Assembly: GCA_951406725.2 (NCBI GenBank)
Contig: OX597817.1
Location: forward strand, 130,758,001 to 130,822,000
Origin: Octopus vulgaris
Taxonomy: Eukaryota
Length of the DNA stretch: 64,000 nt
Direction of reading: 5' to 3'
The notes beneath the pieces are model-generated. The model was not told the origin of the DNA and did no database searches. It saw nothing but the letters and a program-made list of their open reading frames with translations. This document shows, one piece after another, positions 22,759-33,379 of the stretch; position 1 is the first letter of the stretch, and every line of letters begins with the position of its first letter. Position numbers and translations under genes: made by a program.

Positions 22759-23060
22759 AGAAGCGACACCTACTGGGTCTGACTACGCTGCATTGACAAA
22801 GGGCAAATACCCTGAAACGCGTCTGTAGCTGTCGGTCAAGTAGTGTGGAGCGACTGACCTCCCTTGTTCGAAGGTTATATGGATACAGTTTGTGTATCGA
22901 ATAGCTAACTTAAGGCGATGGCCTCATGGAGCTAATAAGCGGACAGCTTTTTTCTTATTTTTATAAGAATGCCATATTAGTATGGCGATAACTATTAATT
23001 TCCAGGAACGCTGCCGTAATCTCTTTTAGAGAGACTTAGTAATTTTAATATTTCTATTAT
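22759..23060 (+). mobile_element. HHR retrozyme-like element, 3' portion (monomer ~363 nt once the Tx1 insertion is removed)
   Basis: Continues the 17162-17416 unit, contains the HHR, repeats 17162-17337 at 22884-23060 and ends in (TA)n. Confidence 0.85.
22779..22835 (+). ncRNA. Type I hammerhead ribozyme, U3-A8 core variant (UUGACAA)
   Basis: Stem I CUGAC-(UAC)-GCUGCA / UGUAGC-U-GUCGG; stem II AGGG-CAAAUA-CCCU; GAAA at 22814; minimal palindromic stem III ACGCGU; predicted cleavage after C22823. Confidence 0.88.
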
Positions 23061-23295
23061 ATATATATATATATAAACTTGTTTATGTGAGCGTGTGTCT
23101 TGTACATATATATGTATACATACATACATACATACATACATACACACAACACACATACATATATTTATATATATATATATAGTTCCGTAAATGTATCTGT
23201 GTGCATATTCATATTATTTACATACTTCAATTATATTTATTTTTCATATCATTAATTTTGCTTCCATTTCATATTCTTGTTATTTAAATTAGTTT

Positions 23296-23678
23296 GTGGA
23301 GGAGCAATGGCCCAGTGGTTAGGGCAGCGGACTCGCAGTCGTAGGATCGCGGTTTTGATTCCCAGACCGGGCATTGTGAGTGTTTATTGAGCGAAAACAC
23401 CTAAAGCTTCACAAGGCTCCTGCAGGGGGTAGTGGTGAACCCTGCTGTACTCTTCCACCACAACTTTCTCTCACTCTTTCTTCCTGTTTCTGTTGTACCT
23501 GTATTTCAAAGGGCCAGCCTTGTCACACTCTGTGTCACGCTGAATCTTCTCGAGAACTACGTTAAGGGTACCCGTGTCTGTGGCATGCTCAGCCACTTGC
23601 ACGTTAATTCCACGTGCAAGTTGTTCCGTTGATCGTATCAGCTGGGACCCTCATCGTCGTAACCGACGGAGTGCTCCT
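23296..23678 (+). mobile_element. tRNA-derived SINE with 14-bp TSD
   Basis: Head tggcccagtggttagggcagcggactcg...gattccc. TSD ttatttaaattagt at 23280-23293 and 23680-23693. Confidence 0.9.
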
Positions 23679-24980
23679 TTTATTTAAATTAGTCATTTAC
23701 ATCATTTTGCTTCACTATTTCAATTATTGTTAATTCTTAATTTTTCAATACTTGTTCACTTTCACTATTGTTATCGTAACTCCACACCATGCTATCGATC
23801 CTTTATCGAATTTTACTTTCTTTTATTTTAACGTTTCTGTTCATCTCTTTCACATTTTATTCATCTTCTTAGGTGATTCTCGAATTCTCCATGGTAATTT
23901 GGATTACGTGGGAATGATGTTGGCTTAAGGAAACTTCTTTGGGTCGCGGTAACCGAGTGTTGCCACCTAATTCTCTGAGAGCCGGTTTTCGGTTCAATGC
24001 TTGCATATTTCCCTAGGGTCTTTACGTGTGCTTCGGGTCCTATTATAGAAAGTAATTCTTTCAGAGAATGTTGAGGCTTTATAAATTCACATGACATTAA
24101 AAATACTTTATATTATTTCCAATTACTTCACATTACACTGATCTTCTCTATTTATCTACACTCTTGTAATCCACAGATATTGTCAAACGGACCGCCAAAA
24201 TTGAAACAAGACACACTCGCGCACACGCACACACACACAAACTTGCATTATATATGTATATATCTATATACATCTCTATATCTTAGGACTAAATCTAATA
24301 CTATGTAATCAACCAAGCTGTATACTTGAAATAAAACATCCATATTTATTTGTAGAAGATCACCGTAAAAGCAATTTAAGGAAGCATGTTCCTCTCCACC
24401 CAGCAGCAACGTACTAGCCTTTTCATAATACTGAGCTCCTTTGCATAACCCATTCCTTGTACGGACAAAAAGCCGGATGTAATTCACTTATTTAATTAGA
24501 CCGAATTCAGCTGTACCAGTCCAAACCTGCTGTGGTGTGAAGTGTTTACGTGATACACAGATCTCATTGTGTATAAAAGTCGAAGTTGTGTAAAATTAAT
24601 TCAGATTATTTTGAACGTGGGAACTTTTAATAATTGATGAATGCGGAAATAGAGTTTATAATGATATCGGCGTTCATTGAAAAGTTTTATGCATAATTCA
24701 TAGAATCAATCTCTTGTATTTAATGTGTGAATATTATGTAGCCCCAGAGAATTAGATGGACACACATATAAACACGTAGACCGACTCACGCGCATATACG
24801 TGTGAGTATGTGTGTGTGTGTGTCTGTGTGAGTGTAGGTTGGATGTGTTATTAAAAACAAAATATCAGCATCATATCTTTCTAATTCTGCGTTTACTAAT
24901 GGTAGTAATGACGTGTTAGGTAAATATGAATCGACGAGATGGTCAGAGCTGAAATGGATCAAATGTAATCCGAATTAAGC

Positions 24981-25042
<62 letters not shown>

Positions 25043-25189
25043 ACAGTTAATCCAAACAAGAAAGCACAAAAAAGTGTATATATCTGTATATATATAGTTA
25101 ATCCAAGCATGAAAGCACAAAGAGAAAACACAACAACGCGAGGACGTGGAACAAATATAGTATTATTGGACGCTCAGGAAAGAAGGAGG

Positions 25190-25224
25190 GTTTAACGTTT
25201 CGAGCGGAGCTCTTCGTCGGAAAC
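25190..25224 (-). ncRNA. Minimal type I hammerhead motif (core CCGACGA) in a Penelope-like repeat, 25045-25300
   Basis: Minus strand guuu-CCGACGA-aGAGC-ucc-GCUC-GAAA-CGUU-aaac with palindromic AACGUU. Paralog at 27157 has a canonical core. Confidence 0.65.
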
Positions 25225-25472
25225 ATAGGAGAAGGAAAGATCCAGAGAAGGGAAGACAAAGGAAAAAAAAATCGCCAACGGTACACACGCGGTCACATTT
25301 TGACCTACAGCCCTACAAACATACATATACATACATATATATATATATTTATACATTAAACCGTCCTTCTTTCCTTCTTATTTGTTCCACGTCCTCGCGT
25401 TGTTGTGTTTTTCTGTGCTTTCTTGTTTGGATTAACTATATATATATATATACCTACGTACCTACAGACATG

Positions 25473-25537
<65 letters not shown>

Positions 25538-26037
25538 GCACACACACCTACCAGTGCGTAGCACTCCCCCACCGTAAGTGAAATTATGGTCTCTGTTGAT
25601 GTTTAACCAGTAACACTATGGTCAAAGACTTCTAGCCATGATCTTCCCTTAAGTTGTCATTATCTAAAATGTTTCTAGGGTCATTTTAGGGATTCTGTTA
25701 TTTGCTTGTAATAGGGTTTATAATAATTCCAGACAATGTAAAATAATTCCCAGAAGCCATGCATCTGATGGTGGGAAAATATTAATGGAGGATAAAGACT
25801 TTGTGAGAGAAAAATACGTTGTCACCAAATTGTTTAACATTGAAACATTCTTCTTGTTTACTTCAAGACATACGTACGAATTAAATTACCAGAACAATTC
25901 TATTTATATTTAAAGTTTAAAATCAAAATAAAAATTAGTGTAAAGAATTCCATTAATTGGAAGAAAAAGAACAATTAGCAGAGTCATTTATATATGTATA
26001 TATATATTCTTTTACTTGTTTTTTTATACATATATAA

Positions 26038-26072
<35 letters not shown>

Positions 26073-26275
26073 ACTTTATATACAAATATAAATTTCATAG
26101 TGTTCACTTCCGGATTCTCTCACTCTGTGAGAGCCTCAGTTCAAATCGCACGTGCCTTGAATGGGCAGGAGTATTTCTATTTTGGATGTATTTTGGGTAC
26201 TTAGTCGTGCTCATGACTTAGTGTTTTGCTTCTTCCATGGGTATGAGTAAGTATCATTTATTTCTTTGCCACATT

Positions 26276-26328
26276 TATCACTGACGAAGGGAGGGTTCTT
26301 AAGAACTAACCCTGAAATCGGTCCGATA
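26276..26328 (+). ncRNA. Type I hammerhead motif
   Basis: uauca-CUGACGA-AGGG..CCCU-GAAA-UCG-GUC-cgaua; one mismatch at the base of stem I. Confidence 0.7.
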
Positions 26329-26425
26329 TGGTAATAATGGAACTTATTAGAAATTTCTGTCGACCTTTCTTCGAGTAGCATGCGTATTGTGAAAAATGTT
26401 CAAAAAAATTTTATTCTACATTAAA

Positions 26426-26838
<413 letters not shown>

Positions 26839-27156
26839 ATATATATATATATATATATGTCTGTCTACGTCTGTCTGCATTCATTGAGAGAATTATTATC
26901 GCCACCACCACGACACAATCATGAGAACAAATATTATGAATCAGATATTTATTGGGTTAATTTATATGTGTGTGTTCTATATATAAATATCTATATATAA
27001 ATATGTATATATAATATATATATATATACAAAGTGTATATATCTGTATATATATAGTTAATCCAAGCATGAAAGCACAAAGAGAAAACACAACAACGCGA
27101 GGACGTGGAACAAGTATAGTATTATTGGACGCTCAGGAATGAAGGAAAGAAGGAGG

Positions 27157-27191
27157 GTTTAACATTTCGGGCGGAGAACTTCGTCAGAAAC
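27157..27191 (-). ncRNA. Minimal type I hammerhead motif in a Penelope-like repeat, 27032-27257
   Basis: Minus strand guuu-CUGACGA-aguucuccgccc-GAAA-UGUU-aaac; stem II is mutated relative to the 25190 copy. Confidence 0.6.
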
Positions 27192-27256
27192 ATAGGAAAA
27201 GGAAAGATCGAAAGAAGGGAAGACGGAGGAAAGAAATCGCTAACGGTACACACGCA

Positions 27257-27307
<51 letters not shown>

Positions 27308-27978
27308 TAAACAGTGAAAATAATTACAGACATGGACAAGAACATGAAACACCACAGAGACGACACAAGAACCACAGGACGGGACATTCGAAGCCCTCAG
27401 TAATCAGTCAAGAACCAGATCATCTTAGCAATTTCGGCTGATTAATCTTGAGATTGTTCCGATATGGGCAGCTCCGCCAAGGGAAATCTAAGCCAAGCGC
27501 ATTAGATCCCCTGGAAGAAAGCTTCGAATGTATACAACACGAGGACGGAAAACGAACGAAGTACACGAACAAAAATACAGAATACGTGACACCAATAAGA
27601 ATACAAAAACGTAAAAACAATAACGGTAAAAATAAAAAATAAACAACAAAACAAAACCAGGACGTAGGACAAGGGTCTTTCGACAGGACGAGTTGAGTAT
27701 GGGGCTGGCTTATGAAGTTGTGCCTAATGGCCGCAGGGAGACGAACAAATACGTGTTGCTTCAGCGGCTGCTGGAACGAAAAGAGCGCTCAACAGCGGCT
27801 AGCGGTCACGTGAGAACAAAAGACAGGAGAAAGGGACAGATGAAAAGAGAGAGAAGGTGGACGAGGGAGGAGAAGAAAGAGACAGATCGAGGGGGCTGGA
27901 GGTGAGAGAGATAGAGAAACGTAGAAGGGGGGGGGGAAGACGGATGGAGAGGGAAAGAAAGGAAGGGGAATAAGGGAG

Positions 27979-28015
<37 letters not shown>

Positions 28016-28019
28016 TAAC

Positions 28020-28500
28020 AATATAGGGTGAAATTAATTAATTTGGAATAATTATTAATTACACCAAGTAGATTTCGGCATGTAAAAGCCTCATTCGAGG
28101 AAAATTTAAGTAATACTAAGCAATTAAGGGTTTAGCAACGAATTGCCTCACCACACACCGAATTTAGAAATAGCAGTCAAAGAGTTATAGCTATTCTTTC
28201 TACTAAAAGGGAGATCTCAGTAAAAACACAGCACTTGAAAGGCAAACACAGACAGATAAGAGAGAATGAAATGACGGCAATCTATCATACAATTTTAAGT
28301 CACCTACGGACGTACGTTTCGAAATTAAGTTTTAGGAAAGCATAAGAATTAGATAATTATATCTTACCCAACTTCTTACCTGTCTGTGTTTGCCTTTCAA
28401 GTGGTGTGTTTTTACTGAGATCTCCCTTTTAGTAGAAAGAATAGCTATAACTCTTTGACTGCTATTTCTAAATTCGGTGTGTGGTGAGGCAATTCGTTGC

Positions 28501-28502
<2 letters not shown>
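28020..28502. mobile_element. Penelope/retrozyme-like repeat with internal inversion and half hammerhead
   Basis: Inverted repeat 28133-28260 vs 28375-28502. Minus-strand GAAACGUACGUC at ~28309-28320. Related to 56685-57412. Flanked by (TA)n. Confidence 0.7.
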
Positions 28503-28531
<29 letters not shown>

Positions 28532-28624
28532 TGTTGCTACACATCGCTGGTCACATTGCGCATTGTTTTAGCCTTCAAATGACACCGCCCCGCTGGCTAA
28601 GCGAGTAGGCCAATATATATATAT

Positions 28625-29844
28625 ATTATTTTTATTTTATCGCAATTTGATTTGTTTACATATTTCTCGATAAATTATGAGCGCTAGACGATATACCAGA
28701 AATCCCTAGTTTTGTCGGGACGTTCGGAGTCTGCGCAGTGATATGATTAGTTAGAGAGAGTAAATCATTAGAAGCACATGCTTCTAGTGAGTTAGGATCT
28801 CAGAAAAACAGGGCTCTCACTGACGAATTCTCCCTGAGCAAATAAATTATCTTTATTGCTGAAAAGAAAGAAACTGCAGTCTGAGAATAACCGAGTTAGT
28901 AAATGTTTTTATCTTCATTTCACTTAATTTATCAAGCTTCTGTGTTCCTAGCACATATTTCGCCTTAATGTACTGATATATGGAAAATATATGGCTTGTG
29001 TTAGTAATACCAGCGATTATAATTATTTTTATTTTATCGCAATTTGATTTGTTTACATATTTCTCGATAAATTATGAGCGCTAGACGATATACCAGAAAT
29101 CCCTAGTTTTGTCGGGACGTTCGGAGTCTGCGCAGTGATATGATTAGTTAGAGAGAGTAAATCATTAGAAGCACATGCTTCTAGTGAGTTAGGATCTCAG
29201 AAAAACAGGGCTCTCACTGACGAATTCTCCCTGAGCAAATAAATTATCGTTATTGCTGAAAAGAAAGAAACTGCAGTCTGAGAATAACCGAGTTAGTAAA
29301 TGTTTTTATCTTCATTTCACTTAATTTATCAAGCTTCTGTGTTCCTAGCACATATTTCGCCTTAATGTACTGATATATGGAAAATATATGGCTTGTGTTA
29401 GTAATACCAGCGATTATAATTATTTTTATTTTATCGCAATTTGATTTGTTTACATATTTCTCGATAAATTATGAGCGCTAGACGATATACCAGAAATCCC
29501 TAGTTTTGTCGGGACGTTCGGAGTCTGCGCAGTGATATGATTAGTTAGAGAGAGTAAATCATTAGAAGCACATGCTTCTAGTGAGTTAGGATCTCAGAAA
29601 AACAGGGCTCTCACTGACGAATTCTCCCTGAGCAAATAAATTATCGTTATTGCTGAAAAGAAAGAAACTGCAGTCTGAGAATAACCGAGTTAGTAAATGT
29701 TTTTATCTTCATTTCACTTAATTTATCAAGCTTCTGTGTTCCTAGCACATATTTCGCCTTAATGTACTGATATATGGAAAATATATGGCTTGTGTTAGTA
29801 ATACCAGCGATTATAATTATTTTTATTTTATCGCAATTTGATTT

Positions 29845-29848
<4 letters not shown>
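28625..29848 (+). mobile_element. Retrozyme-like tandem array: three 397-bp monomers plus ~33 bp, one HHR per monomer
   Basis: Units start at 28625, 29022, 29419 and 29816; CUGACGA cores at 28820, 29217 and 29614; flanked by (TA)n. Confidence 0.92.
28815..28886 (+). ncRNA. Type I hammerhead ribozyme (further copies at 29212-29283 and 29609-29680)
   Basis: UCUCA-CUGACGA-long stem II (uucu/agaa; agcaaauaa/uuauugcu)-GAAA-CUGCA-GUC-UGAGA; palindromic ACUGCAGU stem III; predicted cleavage after C28881. Confidence 0.85.
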
Positions 29849-29896
<48 letters not shown>

Positions 29897-29899
<3 letters not shown>

Positions 29900-30767
29900 G
29901 TGTGCATTAAGTAGTCGGTTGATCTGAAAATATGCACACCTATATTAAAAGTGCTGGCGAATTTGCATGGCAACTATTTTTTTCCTCAAATGAAAGGCGT
30001 GACCTCTAGGACAAAATTCCTCATCTTATAAAATGTGGTCCGAGTAGACCCGAATGAAATCAGGTTATATTAACTAAAATGTGAAAAGGGGTCTAAATGG
30101 GGCTGGGAGGGGATTAAAATTTACAGGAGCGGGTAGTTATGAATTCTCTGTTACAATAAGCTAAAAAATTTGCGCCAGCCTTTAAATCGTCAATGTGTTG
30201 CCGTCCATCATGAAGAAGTTTTGAATGCCTGCCATGGTGAGTCTACTGTCGTGAGAAAGAATCACTTCAAAACTTGGTGTTTAGAAATTTTCTTTTACAT
30301 CAAGTTCAAAATTTTGCGCCAGCCGTTAAACTGCCACTACGCTGCTGTCCGTCGTTAAGCCATGGTGACTCTACTATCCTCAGATTCTATCCCTTCAAAC
30401 TTTGGTTTCCAATATTCTTATGTTTTTATTCAGCTCGCAAGTTCGTCTGTCCCTTTTAAATGTTAGTGTTTTGCTGTCCGCCTTGAAGCAGACTTTTCCG
30501 TTGTCACTGCCTGATATTTATGATTGATCTTTCAAAATATTTTATTTCTCATCTTACTCAAGATCCTTTGTTGTTTATAAATTGGAGAGTGATAGATAAA
30601 GTTAGAGAGTAAGAGAAAGCGAGGGAGAGTCCGAGAGAAAGGAAGAGTAAGAGAGTGGGAAAGTGAGAGAGTAAGGAGAGAAAAACAAAGAGGGAGAATG
30701 TGGTTATAAACAACAGAAAGTAACAACCACACACTTACCCGCGCGTAGAGCGCGTTACCTTCAGCTA

Positions 30768-30768
<1 letters not shown>
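29897..30768 (+). mobile_element. Non-autonomous Helitron-like element
   Basis: 3' GC hairpin cgcgc-gtaga-gcgcg (30740-30754) followed 10 nt later by CTAG|T. Both ends lie in (TA)n and no TSD is needed. Confidence 0.65.
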
Positions 30769-30825
<57 letters not shown>

Positions 30826-31220
30826 TCTTTTACTTATTCTTTCACTTGTTTCAGTTATGTGACTGCGGCGATGCTGGATCACTACCTGTAGTCAAACAAT
30901 TCGACCCCATGACGCACTCTTTCTTAGCCTAGTAATTCTTCTATAGGTCGCTTTTTGCCGAACCGCTAGTTTACGGGGACGTAAACACACCAACATCGGT
31001 TGTCAAGTGTTAGTAGGTGGGGTGCAAGCACAGCCACACAAACTCACACGCATATTCGACGAGCTTTTTTTCAGTTTTCGCCTACCAAATCCACTTATAA
31101 GGATTTAGTCGGCCGAAGGATATAGTAGAGGTCGCTTGCACACGGTGCAACACAGTGGAACTGAACCTGGAACCAAGTCACTGGGGAGCAAGCGTCTAAC
31201 CACAGAGCGACGCCTGCGCC
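30826..31220 (-). mobile_element. tRNA-derived SINE (ggcgcagg... family)
   Basis: Homologous to 42582-42972. Confidence 0.85.
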
Positions 31221-31442
31221 TATATATACATATATCCTCCTGCTCCAATTAGTCTGGCAATGGACTAAGCGGGGCAAGAGGAGAGAAAGGGTGCTTGAAG
31301 AGATCACATATGTGAGACGAAAGATTTCTAGACAATGGACATACGATAAAAACAGAAGAGGAATAAACGAGTGAAGATTAAATTTATAGTTCGTGTGCTT
31401 ATTTAGTAAATAAAAAACATGAGTGACCATCCTGAAATATAC

Positions 31443-31443
<1 letters not shown>

Positions 31444-31524
<81 letters not shown>

Positions 31525-31532
31525 CGTGTGTG
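31444..31532. repeat. (GT)n microsatellite
   Basis: Direct inspection. Confidence 0.95.
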
Positions 31533-31594
31533 TTTATATGATAGGACAAACGTCACGTACCAAGATTAAAACTCATTTAATATTTTGCATATAT

Positions 31595-31990
31595 GGCGGC
31601 GAGCTGGCAGAAACATTAGCACTCCGGGCGAAATGCGTAGCCGTATTTCGTCTGCCGTTACGTTCTGGGTTCAAATTCTGCCGAGGTCGACTTTGCCTTT
31701 CATCCTTTCGGAGTCGATAAATTAAGTACCAGTTACGCACTGGGGTCGAGGTAATCGACTTAATCTGTTTGTCTGTCCTTGTTTGTCCCCTCTATGTTTA
31801 GCCCCTTGTGGGTAGTAAAGAAATAGATATTTCGTCTGCCGTTACGTTCCGAGTTCAAACTCCGCCGAGGTCGACTTTGCCCTTCATACTTTCGGGGTCG
31901 ATAAATTATGTAGCAGTTGCGTACTGGGGTTGATCTAATCGAATGCCCCATTCTCCCCAAATTTCGGGCCTTGTGCCTAGAATAGAAACG
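31595..31990 (+). mobile_element. tRNA-derived SINE with Meta-like central domain, followed by a second partial copy
   Basis: ggcggcgagctggcagaa...gggttcaaattc; core gcctttcatcctttcggagtcgataaattaagtaccag; partial repeat from ~31829. Confidence 0.85.
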
Positions 31991-32178
31991 AATCTATATC
32001 GCATATTTCAAAACCAACACTGTATCTCATTACAAAGAGAAACTAATTAGAAATTGTCAAATTTACGATCACAGTTTTTGCAAAGTTTCAACGTGTGCAG
32101 CTTTTATTATTCGTCGCATTGTTGTTGGAGGAACGCCACTTTCCTGCAACGATTGCTTTGGATCTTTTTGAAGCTTGT

Positions 32179-32261
<83 letters not shown>

Positions 32262-32484
32262 CTCGTTTGATAGCAGAAGGTGGTCATTTCGGTAGCACAT
32301 AGCCTGTTGCACGAAATTTATGGACTAATCGACCAACTGTTGCAAGCGATATGTTTTTTCAGAGTTGCTTTTCGTTGAAGATGTCGGTGACGGTCCTATA
32401 TATTGGACCATTGAGATCAGACAGAAATGTAAGTTCAATACGCTATAGATTTGTCAAATAGAGGCTAAAAGTTTCATAAAATTT

Positions 32485-32639
<155 letters not shown>

Positions 32640-32789
32640 CCTTTCTACAACAGTTTAAAAGGACATATTACCAAGGGGCCTAAATCGATACATATGCAGG
32701 TACTTTGAGTCTTCTATCGTGTTTTTTATTTATTTATTTTGTCATCAAAACTGAAAATTGTGAAACGAAAGAAAAATATAAACAAGAAA

Positions 32790-32936
32790 TGAACAAAAAA
32801 GAAAGAAAAGAAAAAGCATGGAAGCATGGAAGGAAAAGAACATGTACGGCCAGTTTGCAAGAGATGTGACTGCGAAGACAGATACAGAGTACCGGTGGCT
32901 ATGAATGAGGAGGAGTGACCTGAAGATAGAGATGAC
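32790..32936 (+). mobile_element. R4/Dong-like non-LTR retrotransposon fragment
   Basis: Translation AWKEKNMYGQFARDV..TDTEYRWL*MRRSDLKIE resembles the post-RT region of R4/Dong elements; lies close to an (AAT)n tract. Confidence 0.5.
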
Positions 32937-33379
32937 AGTAAACAAGTATCACCTCAATCTGAAGGCTGAGGACAGCTGACACTTTCCATCATACCCACCA
33001 AATTAAGCTGTGTATTTACATATAAAAATAATAATGATGATGATGATGATTGCCCTGATGCAGTACCAAGCAGTGGCTCTCATGGCTTCTTATTTTAACT
33101 GATGTACATTATCATGTACATTATTTTGTCTTGGTATAAAAGATGGGCGAAACACCAAGTATTCTGCTCAATACCACAGATTTGCTTGTCAGTTGCTTGA
33201 CCTTAACCAGTTGAGCATGTCCCTTAATGGTTGACGATATGTGCATCTCTGATCACAAGCAGAATTAGTGGGGGAGCATCATAGCTATGTATTGAGAGGA
33301 ATTCTATGGGGTTTGGATAAATCACCTTCAGAAAATGGGTGTTTCGTTCAACATCCTTAAACAATCCTTATTCAGTGAG

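Noticed and set aside
22759-22900. Hammerhead as an intrinsic part of the Tx1 3' UTR
   Set aside because: The 17-bp TSD and continuity of the host unit across the insertion place it outside the element.
23296-23370. tRNA-like sequences at SINE heads (also 26770-26838, 42582, 50743)
   Set aside because: Followed by shared SINE bodies, some with TSDs; not complete tRNA genes.
27420-27490. Possible minus-strand hammerhead (gctg..cagc-c-gaaa-ttgc-ta)
   Set aside because: The catalytic core is not recognisable in this copy.
28625-29848. Tandem array as a possible CRISPR array or ordinary satellite
   Set aside because: No unique spacers, and each 397-bp unit contains a hammerhead, so a retrozyme fits better.
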